A stretch of DNA of 63,976 nucleotides, counting the filler, from Octopus bimaculoides (lineage: Eukaryota), in the NCBI RefSeq assembly GCF_001194135.2. It is 6 parts of 5 records of this genome, joined end to end, with 100 filler letters (N's around TTAATTAATTAA, not from the genome) between each part and the next. Parts side by side here need not be neighbours in the genome. Positions count along the whole stretch, not along the records: positions 1 to 28,897 come from NC_068987.1; 5 more parts are not named here. The stretch is one strand, 5' to 3'. Below are positions 13,237 to 26,474 of the stretch, piece by piece. A program made the translations under genes and the position numbers. How positions within the stretch are numbered: position 1 is the stretch's first letter; each line of letters opens with the position of its first letter. The notes under the pieces were generated by a model. It searched no databases and was not told the DNA's origin. It saw only the letters and a list, made by a program, of their open reading frames with translations.

Positions 13237-14386
13237 CAACAATAATAATGGTGATGCTTAAGTAAATATTATTATTATGGAATCAGGCTAGGTAGAAGAT
13301 ACTGTTTAGATTATAATTAGCCTATAGTAATGAGTGTTAACAAATTAGCTCATGGGAGGCCCAACTTTGCATATAGCACTTTGGGGGATTTCTAAGTAAA
13401 AAGTATATCTTATATGCCATAAAATAAAGTAATTAGTGTGGGGGTATCACTAACGTCTGAGCAGCTACAATTAGATATTAACTATTAGTGTAAGGTAAAA
13501 TGCTTGTAATGTTCAAAAGTCTTAAAAGTTCTATGTAGGCACTATGAAATTTATTGTGGGTAGGGAAATTTATGTAGATACCATCATCATCATCATTTAA
13601 CATCCATTTTCCATGCTGTCATGGGTTGAATGGTTTGACAGGAGCTGGTCAGTTGAAGAGCTGCCCGGACTCCATGTCTGTTTTGGCATGGTCTCTATGG
13701 CTGGATACCATTCCTAGAGAGTAGTGTTTGTTGAGTGTAAGGATTTTGGCAAACAAGGATTCCTATGCTTTCAGTTGTGCATAGGCTACAATGTCTAATA
13801 TTTTTTCAATATGAATTTGTTTTTGATAAAATGTTCCATTTTAGGAGGTATTACTTATCTCTAGTCTTTAAGTCTTAAATGATGTTGAATAGTGAGGATC
13901 ATTGTTTTGGGTTAGGTCTTAGCATGAATGATAGGGTGATTTAAGTGTTTGTTAAAAGGAATAGAAATGAGAAAAGTTGGTGTGTACTGTACATAATAAG
14001 TAGCATTTTTCACTAAACAGTTTGACTTCAGTGGACAAGTATTAGGGTAAATGTAATTGCAATTATTGATAATTGAACTAATATCAGGCGAAAGAGTTTG
14101 ATGACGTGAGAAATTGAACTAAGCAGGGTGTAACCATCCTCATTATACACATATATATATATCATCATCATCATCATCATCGTTTAATGTCCGCTTTCCA
14201 TGCTAGCATAGGTTGGACGATTTGACTGAGGACTGGTGAAACCAGATGGCTACACCAGGCTCCAATCTGATTTGGCAGAGTTTCTACAGCTGGATGCCCT
14301 TCCTAACGACAACCACTCAGAGAGTGTAGTGGGTGCTTTTACATGTCATATATATATATATATATATACACAGATATACATATATA

Positions 14387-15025
14387 CTAGCTGATGTACC
14401 CAGTAATTCCTGGAAAAGTGGGGCTTATCCCCTGGTTCTGTTCTCGTAATTGATTCACTAATCCAGTAGTAACAATACAAAGTATGTAGCCCTTAAAATG
14501 GTTTTTGTGCATTTACAGATAATATTGAACTATCTTACATAGGATCTAGTTTTTAGGAAATCCCAATAAGTTATGAATACCAAAATCGTGAAGTCAGTTA
14601 TGTAATAACATGCAACTTAGTTACCTGATAGTAACAATTCAAAGAAAGTAGCCCTGAAACGGGCTTTAATGCATTACCAGAGTATATAGAACTTAGGAGG
14701 AAATACCAATAAGGCATATATACCAAAATCGTGAAGCATGTTACGTAATAACAGGCTAATCAGATATGAGATAATAACAATTGAAAGTAAGTCTGGAAAG
14801 TTCTTCACGTAGCACCTGTCAATTGGCTGAAGTGACATGAAAGGCATCGTCATTCATGGTATATTGGTGAATAAGTCACTAATGGAAATAAGTGGATCTA
14901 TTGTTAAAGAAAATACTATTTACCTGTTTAAGGGTTGTTATGGGTAAAATGCGAAAATAACTCTAACAGTTGAAATTCTATAAAAAGCCATGTAATTTGC
15001 GCACCTGCTTAATTTATGTAGGTGA
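14387..15025 (-). mobile_element. Non-autonomous Helitron-like element with internal tandem duplication
   Basis: The minus strand reads A|TC... to ...CTAG|T, with an imperfect subterminal hairpin (cccag-taatt-cctgg). A ~150-bp internal unit is repeated (ataccaaaatcgtgaag at ~14577 and ~14721). The 5' end is tentative. Confidence 0.55.
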
Positions 15026-15299
15026 TTTTCAGGATAAAATTTATTAAAGAAAGCTATGTATGTATGTATGCATATGTGTATATGCTTGTATGTCTGTGTT
15101 TGTCCCCAACATCGCTTGACAACTGATGCTGTTGTGTTTATGACCCCCGTAACTTAGCGGTTCAGCAAAAGGGACCAATAAAATAAGTACTAGGCTTACA
15201 AAGAATAAGTCCTGGGGTTGATTTGCTCGACTAAAGGCGGTGCTCCAGCATGGCCACAGTCAAATGACTGAAACAAGTAAAAGAGTAAAAGAGAGAGTA

Positions 15300-15505
15300 T
15301 ATTCTTTTCTACTCTAGGCACAAGGCCTAAAATTTTGGGGGAGGGCTCCAGTCTATTAGATCGACTCCAGTACATAACTGGTACTTAATTTATCGACCTT
15401 GAAAGGATGAAAGGCAAAGTCAACCTCGGCAGCATTTGAACTCATAACATAAAGACAGAAGAAAAACTGGTAAGCATTTCGCCCGGCGTGCTAACGTTTG
15501 TGCAA
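15300..15505 (-). mobile_element. SINE family 2
   Basis: Same core as 3015-3430; adjoins a family-1 tail (15085-15295) and an RTE tail (15549-15783). Confidence 0.75.
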
Positions 15506-15895
15506 GTTTGCAACCTTCCTTTTATTGAAATCATTATATACATATATATCATCATCATCATCATCATCGTTTAACGTCCGCTTTCCATGCTAGCATGGGT
15601 TGGACGATTTGACTGAGGACTGGTGAAACCGGATGGCAACACCAGGCTCCAGTCTAATTTGACAGAGTTTCTACAGCTGGATGCCCTTCCTAACGACAAC
15701 CACTCAGAGAGTGTAGTGGGTGCTTTTACGTGTCACCCGCACGAAAACGGCCACACTCGAAATGGTGTCTTTTATGTGCCACATATATATATATATGTAT
15801 ATATATGTATATATAAACACACAAATATATAACATCAGTGGATCATATATCTGAAAAAGAAGCACACTGTAAATGTTAGACCAATAATGTAGTTA

Positions 15896-16055
15896 CAGGA
15901 AGTTAATTATATGGCCAGTCATACAGTGATAAATTGTTTTACAAGTGCTTAGCTTTATAGACAACTTGTTATACTTGGAGTCGGCTATAAGCTTAAGCAC
16001 TTTATGAATGCAAAACAATCAGTCACTTATGATTGGTCATATAATTAACTTACTG
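15896..16055. mobile_element. Tc1/pogo-type MITE (160 bp)
   Basis: TA|cag(g/t)aagttaattatatg(g/a)cca(g/a)tcata ~30-bp terminal inverted repeats with a TA duplication on both sides. Confidence 0.8.
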
Positions 16056-16071
16056 TAAATATATATTATAC

Positions 16072-16233
16072 AGGTGCAGGAGGGGCTGTATGGTAAGTAG
16101 TTTGCTTACCAACCACATGGTTCTGAGTTCAGTCCCACTGCGTGGTACCTTGAGCAAGTGTCTTCTACTATAACCTCGGGCTGATCAAAGCCTTGTGAGT
16201 GGATTTGGTAGAAGGAAACTGAAAGAAGCCCGT

Positions 16234-16278
<45 letters not shown>

Positions 16279-16475
16279 GAGTCTGTGATTGTCCCCCACA
16301 CCATCGCTTGACAACCGATGCTGGTGTGTTTATGTCCCTATAACTTAGCGGTTCAGCAAAAGACACTGATAGAATAAGTACTAGGCTTACAAAGAATAAG
16401 TCCTGGGGTCGATTTGTTCAACTAAAGGTGGTGCTCCAGCATGGTCACAGTCACATGACTTAAACAAATAAAAGA
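16072..16475 (+). mobile_element. SINE family 1, full length
   Basis: Family-1 head and tail; followed by an inverted partial copy at 16501-16646. Confidence 0.88.
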
Positions 16476-17436
16476 ATGTGTGTGTGTGTGTGTGTGTGTA
16501 TTCTTTCAGTTTCTGTCTAACAAATCCACTCACAAGACTTTGGTTGGTTCAGAGCTATAGAAGACATTTACCCAAGGTGCTGCACAATGAGATTGAACTC
16601 AAGATAATGCGATTAGAAAGCAAACTTCTTAACCACACAACCACGCTTATGCGTAAGAATATTATCAACTTTGTTAGGAATATTTCTTGTTTTTTTTTTA
16701 AACCTTTTTGTTAACAAACGAACTATTAAATTTATTCAGGCATAACAGTGAAACCATTTCAAGAATTGCATTCAATGAGCATATTAAGTACAACAAAGAA
16801 CACAATAAATCAACCTGTTGTCAAAATTTCCCTTGAATTGTTAAAGAAACACTATACACCACATAAAAAAAAAAAAGAAAAACTAAAACCTTGAACAGTA
16901 ATGTTATTAAAGTCTCCTATACCCAATGTCACTAAGTTACACATTTAGCACAGAGAGAAAAAAAAAATTAGCGAGATTTTTAATCTTAAGGATCAACACA
17001 AGGTGGTGGTCCTGAAATAGATAAGAGAAAAAAAAAAATACAGGTGCAGGTATGGCGGTGTCGTAAGAAATTTGCTTTCCGACAACATGGTTCATTCCCA
17101 CTGCATGCCACCTTGGAAAAGTGTCTTCTACAATAACCACAGGCTGACCNNNNNNNNNNNNNNNNNNNNNNNNNNNNNNNNNNNNNNNNNNNNNNNNNNN
17201 NNNNNNNNNNNNNNNNNNNNNNNNNNNNNNNNNNNNNNNNNNNNNNNNNNNNNNNNNNNNNNNNNNNNNNNNNNNNNNNNNNNNNNNNNNNNNNNNNNNN
17301 NNNNNNNNNTATTTCTTTTTTTTTCTCTCTTTCCTTCCCCTTCCAAAAAAGAAAAGCTCTACTTTGTACCTTGTCTCCTCTGTGTTGAGCCCTGTGTGGC
17401 TAATAAAGAAACATATCTATCTATCTATCTATCTTC

Positions 17437-17470
<34 letters not shown>

Positions 17471-18331
17471 GGGTGGGTGTCTTTGTGTCTGTGTTTGTCC
17501 CCACTTCCCACCACTTGACACCTGATATTAGTGTGTTTATGTCTCCATAACTCAGTAGTTCAGCAAAGTGACCAACAGAAGTACCAGGCAAAAAAAAATA
17601 TAATAATAATAATAAAAAAAAAAGCTCTGGATTGATTTGTTTGATTAAATTTCTTCAATGTGGTGCACTAGCATGGCTGCTTGTCTTATGACTGAAACAG
17701 GTAAAATGATAAAAAGATATATCACACTTTGCAGCTAAGACTGACAATTTGATATGGTTGGCCTAGTGCTTTTCTTTCTTTGAACATTAACAAATTCAGT
17801 GTCTCTGATGGCATTCTATCAGTTATTCTTAAACTGGAGTCAAAGATTTTAATTTGGAAATTGTGATAGTCATTTAAATGAATAAAAATGAAATATTCAG
17901 GATGAGCAGAACTGGAAGATTACAAATTGAGAATGGTTTAAAAGAGTTGCTATGTGTGCTGGCATCATTGCATTAAGCTCAGTTTTCCATGCTTGAATAG
18001 GTTGAGCAGATTATCTGAAGCAGAATTTTATGGGTTGATGCCATCTTGTCACCAACCATTTTAGCAACCTCTTACAACATGTAGGGGCACAGTGTATCTA
18101 TTCTAAAACCAGGCTGTACATACCATAATTGAGAAGAATTTGTAAACAAACCTTTCCAAGTTTTAAAAATTAATTTTGAGAATCTACTGCAGCCATTGGT
18201 AAATCATTAGGGACAAATGTTTGATCTATGTTTGCTCAAGGATTTAGAATATTGGAACAGAAGACACTAGTCAGCAAAGAATGCATGAACACAATTTGAT
18301 AATAATTTATTACAAAAGAATTACAACTCAC

Positions 18332-18460
18332 CTTCCACCAAATAAAGTGGGTAAAGTCACTTCATATGCAGCTAGTTTCCAGATAACCCAGCGGTAATGA
18401 TTAAAGAACCAGGCTCTGGATATCAGATTAGGGTCCACAGATTCAATTGTTAAGAATGAT
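18332..18460 (-). CDS. BRCA2: BRCA2 coding exon (129 nt; helical domain)
   Basis: cttttgcattcAG|A...GGAAG|GTGAGT. Encodes (R)SFLTIESVDPNLISRAWFFNHYRWVIWKLAAYEVTLPTLFGG(R), matching the BRCA2 signature [24 protein letters not shown]. Phase 2-2. Confidence 0.97.
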
Positions 18461-19284
18461 CTGAATGCAAAAGGGTAAAAAAAAAAAAACGAAAACAGTT
18501 ATCAAAAAATCAAAAAATAGAATCGTCGTCATCATCATCATCATCATTTAATGTCTGTTTTCCACACTGGCATGAATAAGATGGTCTGAAAGGACCTGAC
18601 AAAGCAAAATGAAAAAGCACCTTTGACTAAGTGGTGGGAGAATTTGAGAGTAGGGAAGTGGCTTTATATCAGGTGCTGGGGTGGGGAGTTAAAGTATGTT
18701 AGAAGGACAAGTGCAGGCATCTTGCTATGAGAAGATACATGGTTACCCTGCTAAGTATCTTCCCTATGAGGGTGAGAATAGGATGAAGATAAGATGGAAG
18801 TGATGGTGTGTCAGAGCAAAACCACAAAGAGCATGAGTTCAATCTCATTGTGTACCACCTTGGGTAATTGTCTTCTGCTGCAGCTATGAGCTGATTAAGG
18901 CCTTGTCAGTGGATCTGGTAGATGGAGGCCGAAAAAAGCCTGTTATATATCTCTGTGCGTGTGTGTGTATGTGTTTGATTCTGCTTGTTGTGATACTGTG
19001 TGCTAAATGTAAACAGATGTCATCACCATACAAGCAGTGTTGTTCAGTTGCAATCTTCTGTGCAAACATTTCTAGTCTTTGTGCTGTTCATTTTCAAATG
19101 ACTAAAAGGAAATATTCCTTTAATTGACAACATCTAAGGGTTGGGGACAGGAAATGACATCCAGCTGCAGAAACCCTGCCTCAATGAAAATCATCTTGCT
19201 CATTTGAGCAAAGAAAAGTGAACATTAAAATGATAAAGGTGACAGGGTGATGGTGTTAAATGCTAAAAGGATTTCTGAATCATT

Positions 19285-19941
19285 TCATGACTAAATATTT
19301 AAGAAATTTAAGAAATTCACAAGCTTACGGTGATGAAACAATGGGTCATACGCAATGTTTTGAGAGTTGTTTCAAAAGCGGAAGAACGTCCCTGGAAGCT
19401 GATGAGCAATCTGGAAGACCTGCCACAAGTATCATCCTCAGAAATGTGGAGAAAATTCATCAGCTTCTGCATAAAGATTGTCAGAGGACAATCAATGATG
19501 TTTTGAAGCATTTGAGGTCAGCGAAAGTGACCAGATTTGTGGAGTGTGAAGAACTGGAATCTTCATGACAACAATACACCCTGTCACTGAGCTCTCCTCA
19601 CTCGTGAGTTTCTTGCCAGAAACAACATGGTATTGCTTCTGCACCTGCCCTATTCACCAGATTTAGCAACTGCAGACTTCTATCTCTTCCTTAAGACAAA
19701 AATGCAGCTCAAAGGTCTTTGTTTTAACAACATTGTCAAGATCAAGAGTGAATCGCAGAAGGTTCTCGACTTGCTTATGGGAAATGACTTTCAGGCTGGA
19801 TTCCAAAAGTGGTAGGAACGCTGGGACCAGTGTATTACAGTGCAAGGTGATTATTTTGAAGGAGATGATGTTAACACTTAGGTAAATAAGTTATTTCTGA
19901 TTAAACATAACTACTCTGGGAACTTTTTGATATCATCTTAT
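19285..19941 (+). mobile_element. Decayed, internally deleted mariner element
   Basis: FKSGRTSLEADEQSGRP, HDN(T)PCH, LPYSPDLATADFYLF, C-terminal ...QCITVQGDYFEGD; contains stops and a deletion. Confidence 0.9.
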
Positions 19942-20645
19942 ACATTTCCGTTTTTTTTTTCAACTACCACATTAACAAAAGGAAAACTTTTGAACATATG
20001 AAACACAAGCTAGCTAAAAGTCTGAAAACAAGCATGGATATTTAGGACAAACTTATGAAAATGCTTTGAACTAGCAAACAGTTAAGTGCAATTTTCTCCA
20101 TTAAGTTTGTTCCCAACCAGTTTTTTTGACTCTCACACATCAGTTGCTATAAAATTTAATCCTTACAGCAGGAAACTAACTTCAGCAGACTTGTATCACA
20201 AGAAGAATGTATCCAAAACTGTTATATTTATACAAAGCAAATGGGATATGCATGAATTCAAATCTAACTAGCATGACACAAAAAGGAGATAAGAAGAAAA
20301 AGAAGAAAACTGAAAAAGAGATAAAAGATGAGGAATCTGTGCCTGAGGGCAGATACAGACCTCTCCCCTCGCACAAGTGGAACATCAAGAATGAGAGCTG
20401 GAGGAAGAGAGGGCTGTACTAGCACTAGGCTGGTATCCAGTTTCAGTTGAGTAGACTGAAGCAAAGTGAAATGATGTGCCTTGCTCAAGGACACAAAATA
20501 CTGCTTGGTTTAGGAAGTGAACTCATAACTTTAGGATCTTAACCCCAACAGGTTAACTATCAGGCCACACTCCCTCACCAGTCAAGAACTAATGTCACTT
20601 TTCTTTCTGGCTTTACAATAGCCCCTCTCTACTTCTGCCCATCAA

Positions 20646-21510
20646 ATGGCCACTTCACTAGCAATGTGCACCAAAGAAGAACAAAGAGTAATGATCTAAT
20701 TTCTCCGGTTAGAAGGTGTGTCAAGTGCTGAAATTCATTGGAGGCTTTTAGTACAATACACTACCACATAGAAGTGTGTATCAGTGAATTGAGAAGTTTA
20801 AAACTGACCAGACAAGCATGACACACGAAAAGAGAGCAGGACACCCATCAATCTCCACCACTGACAAGAAGATACAGCAAGCTCGAGAGATGGTAATGGT
20901 GAACTAATGAGTTATCTGCAGATTGGTTGTGGTTCTGCCCATCAAATCATTCACGATGAACTCAGTTTCCATAAAGTATGTGCAAGATGGGTGCCAAGAG
21001 AGCTTACTGCAGAGCACAAGCACAAACATCTTGAGGTCTGCCAACATTTACTCGATCATTACAACAATGAGGACAAGAAATTTTTGAGCAGAATAGTCAC
21101 ATGAGATGAAACGTGGGTCCATTATTATGAGGCAGAATCCAAAAGACAGTGTATGGAGTGCAAACATTGTGGCTTGTCAATGACAAAGAAATTCAAACTC
21201 AGTCTTCCAAGGGAAAGCTGATGCTAAGCCTTTTTTGGGACTCAAAAGGGCTTATATTGGATGACTACTTGGAAAAGGGATGTACGATCAATAGTGCAAT
21301 ATACAGTGCTTTTCTGGCCAACGAACTGAAGCCAGCAAATTGCACCAAATACCGAAACCTGTTGTTGAAGAAAGTTTTGTTGTTGCCTGACAATGCACAC
21401 CCACATGCTGCCACCCAGACCATTGAAACCATTAACTAATTGGGGTTTGAGGTGCTGGAACACCCTGCCTACAGCCCAGATCTCATCCCTTCCTACTATC
21501 ATACCTCTGG
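20646..21510 (+). pseudogene. Mariner transposase pseudogene
   Basis: Begins MATSLAMCTKEEQR; contains KVCARWVPREL, IVT*DETWVHYYE, KGKLMLSLFWDSKG, (H)DNAHPH, HPAYSPDL; several stops and frameshifts. Confidence 0.93.
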
Positions 21511-21924
21511 ACCGCTCAAACTTCGACCATGTGACCACAATAGTACCATCTATAAGCATGCTTGCACAGAAGGCTGAGTGACAATAATAAAGATATGTTA
21601 TGGCAATGGTGCAGATAATTTTTGACTGTGTGGTAAGAAGCTTGCTTCCCAACCACATGGTTCCGGGTTCAGTCCCACTGTGTGGCACCTTGGGCAAGTG
21701 TCTTCTACTATAGCCTCGGGCCGACCAAAGCCTTGTGAGTGGATTTGGTAGATGGAAACTGAAGAAGCCCATCATATATATATGTATGTATGTATGTATT
21801 TTTTTTTTATCTACATGTGTCCAAGTGGGAAAGTGATGAAGAAGGTTAACAGGGAAAATAGATTTTGTATGTGGAAGATGTACAGGTACAATAAATGCTG
21901 AAAATAGGCAGAAAATAAACTCTG

Positions 21925-22612
21925 AGAGCATAGCTGTGAGAATAAGATTAGGCTGGGTAAAGTTCAGAGAGCTCCTACCTCTGCTGGTAATAAAAGGCCT
22001 CTCTCAGAGTGAAAGGCAGATTGTTTGATGCCTGTGTGCGAACAGCCATGCTACATAGCAGTGAAACATGGGCTGTAACAGTTGGGGACATGCGTAGGCT
22101 TGAAAGAAATGAAGCCAGTATGCTTCGCTGGATGAGCATTGTCAGTGTGCATGTTCAATAGAGTGTAAGCATCTTGAGAGAAAAGTTAGGCATAAGAGGA
22201 ATCAGATGTGGTATGCAAGAGAGACGACTGCACTGGTATGGTCATGTGATGCAGATGGATGAGGACAGCTGTGTAAAGAAGTGCCAATCTCTAACTGTGG
22301 AGGGAACCTGCGGTAGAGATAGACGCAGGAAGACATGGGACGAGGTGGTGAAGCATGATCTTCGTACTTTGAGCTTCACAGAGTCAATGGTTGGTGACTA
22401 AGACCTTTGGCAATATATGTGCTTGAGAGGACCCATCAAGCCAAGTGCATCTGTGCTGGTGGCACGTAAAAGCACCCACTACACTCTCGGAGTGGTTGGC
22501 GTTAGGAAAGGCATGCAGCTGTAGAAAACCATTCCTAATCAGGCTGGGGTCTGGTGCAGCTTTCCAGCGTGGTCAAACCATCCAACCCATGCCAGCATGT
22601 ACAATGATGATA
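21925..22612 (+). mobile_element. RTE-clade LINE 3' fragment (ORF C-terminus plus 3' tail)
   Basis: RIRLGWVKFRELLPLL...SETWAVT...REKLGIRGIRC..QERRLHWYGHVMQMDEDSCVKKC...KTWDEVVKHDLR, then the (GAT)n-type tail. Confidence 0.9.
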
Positions 22613-23179
22613 ATGAGGATATATGTGTGTGTCTGTGTGCTTGTATATATATAATACATACATATATATGTGTAAGTGAGCAACAAAGATGTAATAAGTG
22701 TCAATTCGTTAAAGCCGTTTTGAGCATCGAAAGCATTACATCATTACAAAGAAAACCCCGTTCTCATCAGATGACCGCATAGACCGCAAGCATATAGGAC
22801 AAGTTAGATATTTAGACATAGTCATATCACAAAAAGAGAGCAAATATTTACAATGATTCTGCTGCTAAATTTTTTGGCAGAATGAAAATAGGACAGTACA
22901 ACAACAGACAAGCCAGAAATTAGCATAGGCTAGAATAGTGGGGTGGGATAAATGAAAGTAGTGACCCCATTATCTACACATTCAACACAATAGGGAGATT
23001 GTAGTCATCAAAACATCTAAAATTAGATTTTTAGGGAGTTATAAATCAATTAGTATCATGACAGGCTGTTCTGCTATTTGAGAAAATGGTACTTTACATC
23101 TGGCTATATCAACACCAAAGGGTAGGGTGGTAAATGAGAATGTCTGATTGGGGAGTGGTGATAAGAGAAAAAAAAGAGG

Positions 23180-23412
23180 GTGGTGAGCTGGCAGAATCAT
23201 TAGCATGCCGGGAGAAATGCTTAGCGGTATTTCATCTGCCATTATGTTCTGAGTTCAAATTCTGCTGAGGTCGAGTGTGTCTTTCATCTTTCTGGGGTTG
23301 ATTAAATAAGTACCAGTTACGCACTGGAGTTGATGTAATCGACTTAATTCCTTTGTCAGTCCTTGTTTTCCCCCCTCTATGTTTAGCCCCCTGTGGGCAA
23401 TAAAGAAATAAA
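23180..23412 (+). mobile_element. SINE family 2 with Tx1-like 3' tail
   Basis: ggtggtgagctggcagaatcattagc...gagttcaaattc...; ends gtttagccccctgtgggcaataaagaaata. Confidence 0.85.
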
Positions 23413-24305
23413 TAGAAAGAGAAGAGGGGATAAGTGAAATCATAGTCATGGCTGGTGCTGGTGTCACATAACTGGCACCTGTGTCGGTGGCATGTAAAAA
23501 GCACTTTTTGAGCGTTGGACCTCATGGAGGAAAAATGGCTGAACTCCTTTCGAGTGTTGGGCCTCACGAAGGTAATGACCAAGACCTTTGAAGCACCTTT
23601 TGAGCATTGGGCTTTTTTGTGCGTTGGGCCTCTCGGAGGCAATGACTGCCAATATGTGGAAGAAAGTGGATTAGAAATATCAGACTTCAAATATAAACCA
23701 AAAAGAGTGTCTCCTAATATTGCCAATCAGGAATACAATAGAACAAGATAGAAACAGTAAAAGTAATACTGCTTCATAACTATAATAACTTCTGTTATAA
23801 AAGAAATTGTTAAGGAAATAAACTAGCTCATTAGGTAAAGTCTGTCACAGACATTTTTGCTTCAAGACAAAATTTAAATTCATTTAACTGTTAAAGAACC
23901 TTAGGTTTCTTGAATACGTTCTTAACCTTTTAGAAATGAAACCTACATTGAAGAAGACAAAGTCATTTCTTATGAGATACATAAAGAATTATTGTCTAAC
24001 TTAAAAAAATATCTGAATATTCAAAGACAAACGAAGTATATGTTCACTTGAAAAGACTAGCTCTTTTGCCATTTTAACCAATAAATAGTGAGAGAAAAAA
24101 CACCAGGAAAACTTCTCACTGTATCTTCTAGAAGAATCAGTACAAAATTTATTAACAGGAGTATAAGGGCTTCTCAGTTGTTCTTACAAGTGATTCAGCT
24201 ATATTTAATCAAAATTTTCAGCTACAGATTAAATGAAGCAGTTATGGTATAACATTTTAATTCTTTAACAGTGGCATACTGCAGTCATTATTCTAGTGTG
24301 ATGTA

Positions 24306-24522
24306 AGGCGGTGAGCTGACAGAATCGTTAGCATGCCGGGCGAAATGCTTAGCGTTATTTCCTCTTTCATCACATTCTGAGTTCAAATGCCACTGGGGTT
24401 GACTTTGCCTTTCATCCTTTTGGGGTCAATAAATTAAGTACCAGTTACGCACTGGGGTCAATGTAATCAACTGGTCCCCTCCCCCAAAATGCCAGGCCTT
24501 GCGCCTATAGGAGAAAGGATTA
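24306..24522 (+). mobile_element. SINE family 2
   Basis: ggcggtgagctgacagaatcgttagcatgccgggcg...ctttcatccttttggggtcaataaattaagtacc. Confidence 0.85.
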
Positions 24523-25274
24523 TTTTAGTGTGATGTCTGAGTACAGAAAGACATATGTAAACAACTGAATTTTTAAATTCAAACTATAAGAATAATATTT
24601 TAGCAATTTTGAAGCAATTCTTTTTTAAAACATATTCTTAAGTATTCATAGAATTTCATTTTTTATAGTGGAGTTCATTTATTTTATGCCTGTTTTCCAT
24701 GCTAACATGGGTTAGATGAATATATTATTGAAGCATTTGTTTTGTAGTCATGCATTTTACCTGTTGCTAACCCTTATCTATTTTCCAATTAAGGGTTGTT
24801 TTTATTCCACACATTTTCAAAGGTGCCAAGCCAGCAGATGATTTGTTGACAAGGAATAAGCCTACATGACCATTTGAAGCTCAGTGATTTTTTAAGATGC
24901 CCAAACATAATTAAATACATTAGCACACACAACAAGCTTCTTTCAAGTTCTGTCTGCCAAATCCACTCATAAGGCTTTGGTTGACCCAGAGCTGTTGAAT
25001 ATAATAGCCTGAACCCAAGACCACATACTTGGGAAGAAAGCTTATTAACCACACAGCCATGCTTGCATCTAAAGTACAGCCATGCCTACAGCTATATAGG
25101 CCATGCTTGTGATTATAGACACAGCTTAACAATAACTAACTGAAGATAGTAGGAAACTGAATATTTCTTTCAAACATGTTACAGAAAATTGTTAAATGAT
25201 ATTCTTATAAAATGTGAAGTCACAGAAGAAATAACAAAAATGGAATCAAGAAATGAAAATAATGAAACATTCAC

Positions 25275-25453
25275 CTAAAGAATTCTTTTTTGCCAGCACT
25301 TCCTGAGTCATTGGGTACCAGTAATGCACCATCACCAATAACAAATTTATCAAAGTAGCTAATATTGTAGAAGTCAGACAGTTGAAAATGATAATTCTCC
25401 GCATTTGTAGAGTTGATGTTTAAAACACTTTGTCGTACACCAAAAGCAAAAAG
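25275..25453 (-). CDS. BRCA2: BRCA2 coding exon (179 nt; equivalent to human exon 16)
   Basis: aatttacAG|CTT...TTTAG|GTGAAT. Encodes LFAFGVRQSVLNINSTNAENYHFQLSDFYNISYFDKFVIGDGALLVPNDSGSAGKKEFF(R) vs human [23 protein letters not shown]...[20 protein letters not shown]. Phase 0 to 2, as in human. Missed by the ORF track. Confidence 0.95.
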
Positions 25454-26474
25454 CTGTAAATTAAGAAATTGAAAAGTTAGAAGTCAATGCATTTTAGAGA
25501 AATCATATGTGTATGACTGAGTGGAATGTAATGCTTAGCAACAGATGATAAGTAAGAATAAGGGAGAACTCAATAATGTGTAAGTCTATATTGTATTTGA
25601 TGGCATAAAAGACACATCCTGATTTCAGTAGTGCATATTCAGGAAATGCTTTTTGTGCATTGAAGCCTATGGAGACCCAGCTTTGCATATAGGACTCTGA
25701 GTGAATTTTTCGGAAACAGTTTTTGAGGAAAAAAAAGTATGTCTTGTATGTTATCAAATACAGTATATGTTGTGGCAGAAGAAGACATGCAAAAGTTTCA
25801 CTATGTTAAAGTTTCTATGAATTGAATTGCACAATCAAAGTAATCTTTTCAAATACATGAATCTTATAGTGAACACTACATGGTCATTATCTATATACTG
25901 CTGCCTTGAATGATAACATTCCTTATCGTATGCATAGCATCACAATGTGTAGATGGTACTCCTTGGAATTTATGTTATAATTATCTCTGTTGAGCAGAGT
26001 AAGAACTATCTTAAACTTTCTATATAGTAGACAGATATTCAGCCACACTGTGTGACACTTTTGGCAAGTGTCTGCTATAGTAGACACATATATTGTATAT
26101 ATGCATATCTATCTGTCTGTCTGCCTCTCTTTCTCTCTCTATATATGAATATGTAGATACATAGACAGATGTGCACACACACACACACACATATGTATAG
26201 TTGCCAAAGACTTGTGGCTTACAGGTACAGATGTGGCTGTGTGGTAAGAAGTTTACTTCCCAATCACATGATTTCAGGTTCAGCCTCACTGCATGACACT
26301 TTGGACAACTGTCTTTTAGAACACACACACACGCGAAAAGGTTTGGTATCCAGAAGACCCGAAATGGCAGGTAACGCTATGTAAGTGCTATGGAATGACT
26401 GTAGTTAGTCTCCTGGTTCGATAATAGTATAACTGAGGAGTCTAGTGTGGGTTGTGTCAGCAAGTATATGTTGC

